A stretch of 12,690 bases of DNA from Myxococcota bacterium. Lineage in GTDB: Bacteria; Myxococcota; JACRCW01. The position numbers and the translations under genes are program-made. The notes beneath the pieces were generated by a model that saw only the letters and a program-made list of their open reading frames with translations, made no database searches and was not told where the DNA came from. Below, piece after piece: positions 1-8,610 of the stretch. How positions within the stretch are numbered: position 1 is the stretch's first letter; every line of letters starts with the position of its first letter. The DNA is taken from the NCBI GenBank assembly GCA_040752415.1, contig JBFMGU010000293.1, positions 1 through 12,690 on the forward strand, read 5' to 3'.

Positions 1-141
1 GCCAAGGCCAAGGCGAAGGCTGACACCAAGGCCCCCGCCCAGGAAAAGGAGAAACCGAAAAAGGCGGCTGCCAAGACGTCGGCTGCCAAGCCCGCGGCGA
101 AGAAGGCTGCGCCCAAGAAGGGTGCCGCCAGGAAGAAGTAG
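1..141 (+). CDS. 3' end of a CDS with a Lys/Ala-rich, histone H1-like C-terminal tail (partial; parent protein unidentifiable)
   Basis: Frame 1 reads AKAKAKADTKAPAQEKEKPKKAAAKTSAAKPAAKKAAPKKGAARKK, then TAG at 139-141. Codon usage is host-like (AAG, GCC, GCG). Not in the ORF track because the start lies outside the window. Confidence 0.8.
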   Translation, partial: AKAKAKADTKAPAQEKEKPKKAAAKTSAAKPAAKKAAPKKGAARKK

Positions 142-165
142 GGCCGGGCTGGGAGAGGTGCGTTG

Positions 166-1293
166 ATGAAGGTGGTGGCAGCGCTCAGCGGTGGAGTGGA
201 CAGCAGCGTTGCCGCTGGGCTGTTGCTGGAGGCCGGGCACGAGGTCCTCGGCATGACGTTGAAGCTGGCCCCGGACCGCGACGGCGCCCCGGCCAGCCAG
301 CGGTGCTGCAGTGTGGATGACGCCATGGACGCGCGTGCCGTCTGCGCCCGCCTGGGCATCCCGTTCTATGTGCTGAACGCGCAGGACCTCTTTGCGGAAA
401 AGGTCATCGACACCTTCGCCAGCGCCTACCGCGCCGGTCTCACGCCGGTCCCGTGTCTGGCCTGCAACGTGGACCTGAAGTTCGGGCACCTGTTGCAGCG
501 CGCCCGCGCCATGGACGCCCGCCTGGCCACCGGGCATTACGCGCGCATTGTCCGCGGCGCCCATGGGCCAGAGCTCCACACCCCGGTCGACGCGGAGAAG
601 GACCAGACATATTTTCTTTATGGAATCGGTCTAAACGCCCTGGAATACGTGGATTTTCCCGTTGGCGGAATGTCCAAGCGGGAGGTCCGGGAGCACGCTT
701 CCCGGCTCGGGTTGCCCGTTTTCGACAAGCCGGATAGCCAGGAAATCTGCTTCGTCCCGGACGACGGACACGCGCGCTTCGTGGAGCGCTGGGATGGCCT
801 GGGGGAGCGACCGGGCCGGTTCGTGGGCACGGAAGGCCAGGTCCTGGGCCAGCACCGGGGGGTGCACACGCTGACCGTGGGACAGCGCAAGGGGCTGGGA
901 ATCGCTGCAGGGTCGCGGCTTTACGTGCTCTCGGTGGATGCCAGCTCGGGCGACGCGGTGGTCGGCGGCCCGGAGCACCTGGAGGCCACCGGCCTCGTGG
1001 CGGACGACGCGGTCTGGCTCATGGCCCCCGCCGAGCGACAGGAGTTGGGGAACTGGGACGTCCAGGTCCGAATCCGGGCGCGCCACACGCCGGCCGCGGC
1101 GCGGGTGGAGGTCCTGGGCGATGGGACCGGCTTCCGGGTGCGATTCCGCGAGCCGCAGCGGTCCATTGCGCCAGGCCAAAGCGCGGTGGTGTACCGGGGC
1201 ACACGGTGCCTGGGCGGGGGCATCATCCGCGGGCGGCTGGAGTCCGGGACCAGCGTTGCTCCACAGGTCGAAACGCATCAAACAGTCACTTGA
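166..1293 (+). CDS. mnmA: tRNA 2-thiouridine(34) synthase MnmA
   Basis: PP-loop SGGVDS, plus PCLACN, ATGHY, KDQTYFL, DSQEICF, GQRKGLG and APGQ motifs. GGGAGAGG SD-like sequence at 151-158. Start is ATG 166 or TTG 163. Confidence 0.96.
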   Translation: MKVVAALSGGVDSSVAAGLLLEAGHEVLGMTLKLAPDRDGAPASQRCCSVDDAMDARAVCARLGIPFYVLNAQDLFAEKVIDTFASAYRAGLTPVPCLACNVDLKFGHLLQRARAMDARLATGHYARIVRGAHGPELHTPVDAEKDQTYFLYGIGLNALEYVDFPVGGMSKREVREHASRLGLPVFDKPDSQEICFVPDDGHARFVERWDGLGERPGRFVGTEGQVLGQHRGVHTLTVGQRKGLGIAAGSRLYVLSVDASSGDAVVGGPEHLEATGLVADDAVWLMAPAERQELGNWDVQVRIRARHTPAAARVEVLGDGTGFRVRFREPQRSIAPGQSAVVYRGTRCLGGGIIRGRLESGTSVAPQVETHQTVT

Positions 1294-1304
1294 ATCATTT
1301 CAAG
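1289..1304. promoter_or_regulatory. Palindrome CTTGAA-N4-TTCAAG, resembling an FNR/CRP-family box
   Basis: Perfect 6-bp inverted repeat with a 4-bp spacer. One mismatch per half-site versus FNR TTGAT-N4-ATCAA. Overlaps the mnmA stop and lies upstream of the cytochrome gene. Confidence 0.35.
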
Positions 1305-1371
1305 CAAAAGCCTGATTTTAAGACGTTTTGCGCAAGGCAACCGGAACCTGAAATGCGCCCGACGGCCAGGT

Positions 1372-1499
1372 TTGTCCCCAACGTTTTCCACAGCCCGTGG
1401 GCGCCTGGGGGAAAGCCAAAACCCCCTGGGGCATCAAGCGTCTATCCGGGTCCAAACAGAACCGCCCAGACCGAGATGCCTCGGGATGCCTGGGGAAAA
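1372..1499. promoter_or_regulatory. Cluster of DnaA-box-like 9-mers
   Basis: TTTTCCACA at 1384-1392 is a perfect TTWTNCACA. Also TTGTCCCCA 1372-1380 (+, 2 mismatches), TTTCCCCCA 1406-1414 (-, 2 mismatches) and TTTTCCCCA 1491-1499 (-, 1 mismatch). Confidence 0.45.
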
Positions 1500-1519
1500 C
1501 TCACGAGGCCGCGTCATCC

Positions 1520-1888
1520 ATGACCGACACCACCGATTCGCCACCGCCAAGCACGCCACCAGCCGCGGGCCGCCAGAAGAAGACCGTCGTGTTTGCGGCA
1601 GGCCTCCTGGCCGTGTTGGCCGTCTTCATCGTCCTTTCCATGCTTGGCGGCCCGCCGGCGATGCCCCGGAATGACATCCACAAGGCCCTGAAGACCGACA
1701 CCTCCTGCCTGGCTTGCCACAACTGGCCGGACCACCTGGGACCCGGTGAAAGCGTGGTGAAGCCCCTGGGCGCCAACCATCCGCCGCCGCGCCCGAAGAA
1801 GAAGCGGCCCGGCACGGACGTGGACGCCGGAGCTGGGGTGGTTGCGCCGATGGAATTCGAGTGCATCAAGTGCCACGCGCCGCGGTGA
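1520..1888 (+). CDS. Small membrane-anchored or exported diheme c-type cytochrome, NapB-like layout
   Basis: Hydrophobic helix VVFAAGLLAVLAVFIVLSML, two CXXCH motifs (CLACH, CIKCH) and candidate distal His residues in PPAMPRNDIH and ANHPP. ATG 1520 with upstream GAGG preferred over the track start at 1397. Confidence 0.8.
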   Translation: MTDTTDSPPPSTPPAAGRQKKTVVFAAGLLAVLAVFIVLSMLGGPPAMPRNDIHKALKTDTSCLACHNWPDHLGPGESVVKPLGANHPPPRPKKKRPGTDVDAGAGVVAPMEFECIKCHAPR

Positions 1889-1916
1889 GGAAGCCGCCTT
1901 TGGCGACGCCGGGAGC

Positions 1917-1924
1917 GGGCAGGG
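1917..1924 (+). other. KOPS motif GGGCAGGG oriented toward dif
   Basis: Matches GGGNAGGG on the + strand, 28 bp before the dif site. Confidence 0.55.
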
Positions 1925-1952
1925 TCCACCCCCTTTTCCCGCACCTCCGTAA

Positions 1953-1980
1953 AGTTTACATAACGTATATTATCGGACGT
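1953..1980 (-). other. dif: dif site (XerC/XerD chromosome dimer resolution site)
   Basis: Minus strand reads ACGTCCGATAA-TATACG-TTATGTAAACT, an 11-6-11 layout with inner ATAA/TTAT. The XerD arm matches E. coli TTATGTTAAAT at 9/11. It is intergenic and AT-rich, and KOPS motifs converge on it. Confidence 0.9.
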
Positions 1981-1983
1981 TGA

Positions 1984-2541
1984 ATGGAACGGAAATACCC
2001 GAGGTTGTTGGGCTTTTTTGGGTCGGCCTGCGTCGGCCTGGTGATTCTGGGACCGGGCTGCAAGCGGCACGCGGAAGCGCTGGATGCCGGCTCCAAGGCT
2101 GCGGTCGTGGATGCCGCGGCGCCGGCCGCGCCACCGGACGCTGGACCACGGTGGCGGGCCTGGGTGGTCTGGGACGGAGGCTCGGCGCCGCTGGCCGATC
2201 TGGCGGAAGTTCCCCAGGTGCCGCCGGTCACCGTCCGCGCGTGGCTTCCTGGCGTGCGCGCCGGTTCCATCCGCGCACGCGCCGCGATGGAATCCTCCGA
2301 GTCCTCCCTGGCCCTGGATTCCGCCGCCGCCGACGTGGATGGCGGCACGCTGGCCACGGTCACCGTCCTGGAATCCCGGGTCTCTGGGCCGGCGGTCGTC
2401 CGCTGGGAGCGTTCCGTGGGCGGTGGCCAGCCCGAGTTGGTGGCGGCCGCGCCCTTGACCCTCCAGCTCCCGCCAGCCCCGGATGCCGGCCCCACCAAGG
2501 CCAAAGTGACCGGAAAGACTCGGAAAAAGCGTCGTCGCTAG
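1984..2541 (+). CDS. Hypothetical secreted protein or lipoprotein with DAG/DGG low-complexity motifs and a basic C-tail
   Basis: Basic N-terminus, hydrophobic stretch and possible lipobox Cys (VGLVILGPGC). Contains LDAG, PPDAG, VDGG, APDAG and ends KTRKKRRR. Stop overlaps the convergent gene's stop (CTAG). No clear SD. Confidence 0.6.
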   Translation: MERKYPRLLGFFGSACVGLVILGPGCKRHAEALDAGSKAAVVDAAAPAAPPDAGPRWRAWVVWDGGSAPLADLAEVPQVPPVTVRAWLPGVRAGSIRARAAMESSESSLALDSAAADVDGGTLATVTVLESRVSGPAVVRWERSVGGGQPELVAAAPLTLQLPPAPDAGPTKAKVTGKTRKKRRR

Positions 2542-3449
2542 GTCTGGGGCGTGGTTTCCGCGGCCGCGCGGATGGCGGCCAGGGTTGCTTTCAGCATCAT
2601 GGGCCCCCCCTCAGCGCGCTCCTGCCACGCCTCGCACGCAGGCAACGTCTCCGGGAGCCCACCTACCGCGGCCCGGATTCGGCCAACCAGGCTGTCGTGC
2701 ACCCAGGCGGCAAGCCGAGGCAGGCTCCAGACGTCTTCCATGGCGTATTCACAAAGCAATTCCAGGGCTTGGCGGTCCCGCTCCAGGGTCCACCTCTGCC
2801 ACAGCGGAATGGCGTCGGGGCCGCGGAGCGCCCGGACGTGTTCCGCCCGGGTCCAACCCATCTGGGCCTCCACCACCTTCAGCCCGCCGTGGACGCCCAG
2901 CTGTCGCACCACCGCTGCCACGTCCACGTGGAGCGTGGGCATTTGCAGCTGCGGCCAGGCCGCCTTCAACAACGGAAGGTCCAGTTGCGCCCCCGCAAAG
3001 GTCACCACCGCCGACGCGCTCTCCACCAGCTGCAACGCCGGGGTCGGGTCCTGGCCGCGAACCCAGCATGCCGCCCGGTCCCGGGTGCGAACGGAGAGCA
3101 CGGTCATGGCGTTGGGCGTCCGGCCTCCGTCGGTTTCCACGTCAATGAACACGGCGTGGTCCAGCAGGACCGGGATCATGCGCCAGCGTTGTCGGACCGG
3201 GAGCAGCGACCACAGCCCATGCACGTCCCGCGCGGCCAGGTGCACGTCAAACCGCCCCACGTGCTCCTGCACCTTCACGGCGCGCACGCCGCGGAACCCG
3301 GCATCCTCCAGCGCCCGCCCCAGCTGGTCCCGGGCCCACCCCCCCGCCAACCAGAGGCGTCGCTCCGTTCCAGGTCCAACTCCAGGCGCTCCCACCAGGG
3401 ACCATCCCAGGATTCCCGTGTGCCGACCTGCTGCTGAGCCAGGGTCCAT
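2538..3449 (-). CDS. RNase H-like domain 3'-5' exonuclease, YprB/COG3359-like (DEDD), with an N-terminal HhH-like motif
   Basis: PGVGPGTERRLW (HhH-like), FIDVETDG (Exo I), VTFAGAQLDLP (Exo II), HVD, GGLKVVE...G..R, DAIPLW and LLCEYAMEDV (Exo III). Exact start uncertain. Confidence 0.8.
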   Translation of the reverse strand: MDPGSAAGRHTGILGWSLVGAPGVGPGTERRLWLAGGWARDQLGRALEDAGFRGVRAVKVQEHVGRFDVHLAARDVHGLWSLLPVRQRWRMIPVLLDHAVFIDVETDGGRTPNAMTVLSVRTRDRAACWVRGQDPTPALQLVESASAVVTFAGAQLDLPLLKAAWPQLQMPTLHVDVAAVVRQLGVHGGLKVVEAQMGWTRAEHVRALRGPDAIPLWQRWTLERDRQALELLCEYAMEDVWSLPRLAAWVHDSLVGRIRAAVGGLPETLPACEAWQERAEGGPMMLKATLAAIRAAAETTPQT

Positions 3450-3461
3450 TGGAACTCAGTG

Positions 3462-3489
3462 AGTTGACATAATCCCGATTCTGTCAACT
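3462..3489. other. Symmetric dif-like site with two XerD-like arms (alternatively a transcription factor operator)
   Basis: AGTTGACATAA-TCCCGA-TTCTGTCAACT. The left arm matches the local dif XerD arm (AGTTTACATAA) at 10/11 and the right arm matches TTATGTAAACT at 9/11. Same 11-6-11 spacing. Confidence 0.6.
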
Positions 3490-3561
3490 CGGAGCAAGCG
3501 CGTCGGGAACCCAGCGACACCGCCACCCGGAGGGTCCGAGCAGAGGCGCTGTGGCTCTTAG

Positions 3562-3969
3562 CTACGCTCCGGCGTCACTCTTGTCGGTGTTGTTGGTCAC
3601 GGGCGTGGCGCCAGGGATCCCGTTGCCGCCGTCAGCGCTGCTGCTGGCATCGTGGGCGGCGCCGGCGTCCAGCGCCCCTCCGTCACGACGAGCGCCTTCC
3701 TCCAGGGCCGGCTCCAGGATGTCAAAGCCCAGGATGTAGGCGGCTGTGGTGCGCCAGACGTTGTCTTTCCAGGGCCCCGCGTCGGCTGCGCGGAAGCCCT
3801 GCTCGTAGCGCACCACCGCTTTCTGGGGCGACCCGGCGTCCCTCCCGGCCACGGCCTCGGGTGCCCACGCCGGAACGCCCTGCCCCGCCGCGGGCGGAAG
3901 CTGCCACGCCAGCGTCGTCAGGAGCGTTGCCAGGGCGGCCAGGGCCGGCCCTCGCCAGGAACGGAACAT
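3562..3969 (-). CDS. Hypothetical exported protein with DAG/DGG motifs
   Basis: Signal-peptide-like N-terminus (MFRSWRGPALAALATLLTTLAW). Contains RDAG, ADAG, RDGG, LDAG, ADGG, SDAG. Starts 14 bp after the mdh stop on the same strand. Confidence 0.6.
   Translation of the reverse strand: MFRSWRGPALAALATLLTTLAWQLPPAAGQGVPAWAPEAVAGRDAGSPQKAVVRYEQGFRAADAGPWKDNVWRTTAAYILGFDILEPALEEGARRDGGALDAGAAHDASSSADGGNGIPGATPVTNNTDKSDAGA
3878..3885 (-). other. KOPS motif GGGCAGGG oriented toward dif
   Basis: CCCTGCCC on the + strand. Confidence 0.45.
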
Positions 3970-3983
3970 GGGTCGGTGGCCTC

Positions 3984-5872
<1,889 letters not shown>

Positions 5873-5916
5873 GACGGGTTCAGGATAACGCGCGGAGCGC
5901 GGATTGCCCGACACAC

Positions 5917-7191
5917 TCAGCCCATATGCTGCACAACGGCCTTGCCGAACTCGCTGCACTTCACCTCGCGCGCGCCGGGCATCAGGCGGGCGAAGTCATA
6001 GGTCACCGTCTTGGCCTTGATGGCGCCTTCCATGCCCTTGATCACCAGGTCCGCGGCCTCCGTCCAGCCCATGTGGCGCAGCATCATCTCGCCACTGAGG
6101 ATCACGGAGCCCGGGTTCACCTTGTCCTGGCCGGCGTACTTGGGCGCGGTGCCATGCGTGGCCTCGAAGACCGCCGCCTTGTCACCAATGTTGCCACCCG
6201 GGGCAATGCCCAGGCCACCCACCTGCGCCGCGGCGGCGTCGGAGAAGTAGTCACCGTTGAGGTTGGGCGTGGCCACCACGGAGTACTCGTCGGGGCGGAG
6301 CAGGATCTGCTGGAACATGCTGTCGGCAATGCGGTCCTTCAGCACCACCACCCCCTTGGGGATGCCCGTGTCCTTGTGCTTGGCCACGTCGTCCTCGGTG
6401 ATCACCAGGCCGGGGAACTCCTCCTCCGCCAGCTGGTAGCCCCACTCGCGGAACGCGCCCTCGGTGAACTTCATGATGTTGCCCTTGTGCATCAGCGTCA
6501 CGGAGGGCAGCTGGTTCTCCAGCGCGTGCTTGATGGCCCGACGGATGAGGCGCTTGCAGCCGAACTCGCTCATGGGCTTGACGCCAATGGCGCTGTTCTC
6601 CCGCAGTCCCGCCTTGCCGGCCTTCTCACGCCACTTGTTGATGGTGTCCAGGAGCTTGTTGGCCTCCTTGCTGCCCGCCGGGTACTCGACGCCCGCGTAC
6701 ACGTCCTCGGTGTTCTCGCGGAAGATGGTGATGTTCACCTTGCCCGGCTCCTTGACGGGGCTGGGGACGCCCTCAAACCAGCGCACGGGGCGGACGCACG
6801 CGTAGAGATCCATCTCCTGGCGCAGCGCCACGTTGATGGAGCGGAAGCCGCCGCCCACCGGCGTGGTCAGCGGGCCCTTGATGGCCACGATGAATTCCTT
6901 GATGGCCTTGAGCGTGTCGTCGGGGAGCCAGATCTCCTTCTCATAGACCTTGTTGGCCTTCTCTCCGGCGTAGACCTCCATCCAGACGATCTGGCGCTTG
7001 CCGCCGTAGGCCTTCTGCACCGCGCCATCCAGCACGTGCTGGCTGGCACGCCAGATGTCAGGGCCGGTCCCGTCACCCTCGATGAATGGGATGATGGGCC
7101 GGTCCGGCACGGTCATCTTGGTGGTCTTCTTGTCGACGGTGATGGGGTCGCCGTTGGTGGGGACGGTGACGCGCTTGGAGTACTTGGCCAT
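5917..7191 (-). CDS. icd: Isocitrate dehydrogenase, NADP-dependent, E. coli-type dimeric
   Basis: [82 protein letters not shown]. Confidence 0.97.
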   Translation of the reverse strand: MAKYSKRVTVPTNGDPITVDKKTTKMTVPDRPIIPFIEGDGTGPDIWRASQHVLDGAVQKAYGGKRQIVWMEVYAGEKANKVYEKEIWLPDDTLKAIKEFIVAIKGPLTTPVGGGFRSINVALRQEMDLYACVRPVRWFEGVPSPVKEPGKVNITIFRENTEDVYAGVEYPAGSKEANKLLDTINKWREKAGKAGLRENSAIGVKPMSEFGCKRLIRRAIKHALENQLPSVTLMHKGNIMKFTEGAFREWGYQLAEEEFPGLVITEDDVAKHKDTGIPKGVVVLKDRIADSMFQQILLRPDEYSVVATPNLNGDYFSDAAAAQVGGLGIAPGGNIGDKAAVFEATHGTAPKYAGQDKVNPGSVILSGEMMLRHMGWTEAADLVIKGMEGAIKAKTVTYDFARLMPGAREVKCSEFGKAVVQHMG

Positions 7192-7440
7192 GGCGGAATC
7201 CTGGGGGTGGGAAAGCGTGCCGCGGGGGGCGTTGGGCCCACGCCCGTGGCAAAGCCATTTTGTGTGGCCGCGCTTCTACTGCCCCCTCCCGGGGCGGGAC
7301 AACCACCCGGTCCACGTCTTCGGTCTCGCCGGCGAATCTTGCCGTTTGGGCGGCTCGCCCCTAGCTTGCTGCGCCCCCGTGTGGCAGGCGCGGCGCCTGC
7401 ACGCGGCGCGGGCAACCGGAAGAATCAGGTCGGATGACGT

Positions 7441-7458
7441 CGGCAGGAGCGGCAGGAG
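7441..7458 (+). repeat. Tandem 9-bp duplication CGGCAGGAG x2 containing the dnaJ ribosome-binding site
   Basis: cggcaggag cggcaggag, 5 bp before ATG 7464. Confidence 0.6.
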
Positions 7459-7463
7459 CAGAC

Positions 7464-8606
7464 ATGAGCCAGCAGAAGCGGGACTACTACGAGGTGCTGG
7501 GCGTCTCCCGCGACGCGGATGAGAAGACGCTGAAGAGCGCCTACCGCAAGCTGGCGCACAAGTTCCACCCGGACAAGAACCCCGGCGACAAGGCCGCCGA
7601 GGAGTCCTTCAAGGAAGCCTCCGAGGCCTACGCGGTGCTGTCCGACCCGGACAAACGGGCCGCCTACAACCGCTACGGCCACCAGGCCGTGGGCGGGGCT
7701 GGCGCGGATCCGTTCGCGGGCTTTGGCTTTGGCCCCGGCGGCCCCTCCATCCAGGACATCTTCGGCGACATCTTCGGCGACTTCTTTGGCGGTCGCGGCG
7801 CGCGTCGTGGCGGCGGGGAGCGGGGCAGCGACCTCCGCTACAACCTGGAAATCACCTTCGAGCAGGCGGCCTTTGGCCACGAGACGGAGATCATCATCCC
7901 CAAGCTGGGCCCGTGCGAGACCTGCTCCGGCACCGGCGCCAAGGCGGGCTCCCGTCCCCGCCCGTGCAGCACCTGCGGCGGCATGGGTGAGGTGCGCGTC
8001 ACCCAGGGCTTCTTTGCCATCAGCCGCAGCTGTCCCACGTGCTCCGGCACCGGCGTCGTCGTCGACAATCCCTGCACGGCCTGCACCGGCACCGGCCGCT
8101 CCGAGACGGAGAAGACGCTGAAGGTGAAGATCCCCGGCGGCGTCTCCGACGGGACCAAGCTGCGCATGGTGGGTGAAGGCGAAGGCGGCGCGCGCGGTGG
8201 TCCCTCCGGAGACCTTTACGTGGTGCTGCACGTCAAGGAGCACCCGTTCTTCACGCGCGAGGGTCAGGACGTGGTCTGTGAGGTGCCCGTCAGCTTCCCG
8301 CAGGCCGCGCTGGGCTGCACGCTGGATGTGCCCACGCTCGACGGACGGGTGAACATGAAGGTCCCGGAGGGCACGCAGACCGGGCGCATCTTCCGGCTCA
8401 AGGGCAAGGGCATCCCGCACCTGCGCACGCACGGCGACGGTCCCGCGCCGCGCGGTGATCAGCTGGTGCGCGTGGTGGTGGAGACGCCCACGGATCTCAA
8501 CACCGAGCAGCGGGCGCTGCTGGAGCGTTTTGCTGCCATCAGCGGCGACAACGTCAGCCCGCGCACCAAGGGCTTCTTTGACAAGGTCAAGGAGCTGTTC
8601 GGCTAA
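7464..8606 (+). CDS. dnaJ: Class A molecular chaperone DnaJ
   Basis: [11 protein letters not shown]-domain with HPD, G/F region with DIF repeats, four CxxCxGxG motifs ([32 protein letters not shown]), C-terminal domain ending [11 protein letters not shown]. Confidence 0.97.
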   Translation: MSQQKRDYYEVLGVSRDADEKTLKSAYRKLAHKFHPDKNPGDKAAEESFKEASEAYAVLSDPDKRAAYNRYGHQAVGGAGADPFAGFGFGPGGPSIQDIFGDIFGDFFGGRGARRGGGERGSDLRYNLEITFEQAAFGHETEIIIPKLGPCETCSGTGAKAGSRPRPCSTCGGMGEVRVTQGFFAISRSCPTCSGTGVVVDNPCTACTGTGRSETEKTLKVKIPGGVSDGTKLRMVGEGEGGARGGPSGDLYVVLHVKEHPFFTREGQDVVCEVPVSFPQAALGCTLDVPTLDGRVNMKVPEGTQTGRIFRLKGKGIPHLRTHGDGPAPRGDQLVRVVVETPTDLNTEQRALLERFAAISGDNVSPRTKGFFDKVKELFG

Positions 8607-8610
8607 CACG

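Noticed and set aside
602..629. Possible third dif-like site in mnmA (GACATAT...TTATGG)
   Set aside because: The spacer is 5 bp rather than 6, the outer arms do not match, and it lies in a conserved coding motif.
1980..3462. ORFs 1980..3437 + (485 aa) and 2551..3462 + (303 aa)
   Set aside because: Arg/Gly/Pro- or Ser/Ala/Thr-rich off-frame translations overlapping the better-supported exonuclease and lipoprotein genes.
3461..3490. Palindrome read as a sigma70 promoter, intrinsic terminator or BirA operator
   Set aside because: TTGACA occurs on both strands but no -10 hexamer lies 17 bp downstream on either. There is no U-tract and the stem is AT-rich. The half-site order is opposite to the BirA TGTxAAC...GTTxACA arrangement. 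An unknown operator is still not excluded.
7382..7396. Sigma54-like TGGCAGGCGCGGCGC upstream of dnaJ
   Set aside because: GG-N10-GC spacing is present but the TTGC element is missing, so it is expected by chance at this GC content.
7755..7790. Tandem GACATCTTCGGC repeats
   Set aside because: They encode the normal DIFG repeats of the DnaJ G/F region, not a CRISPR array or a separate repeat element.
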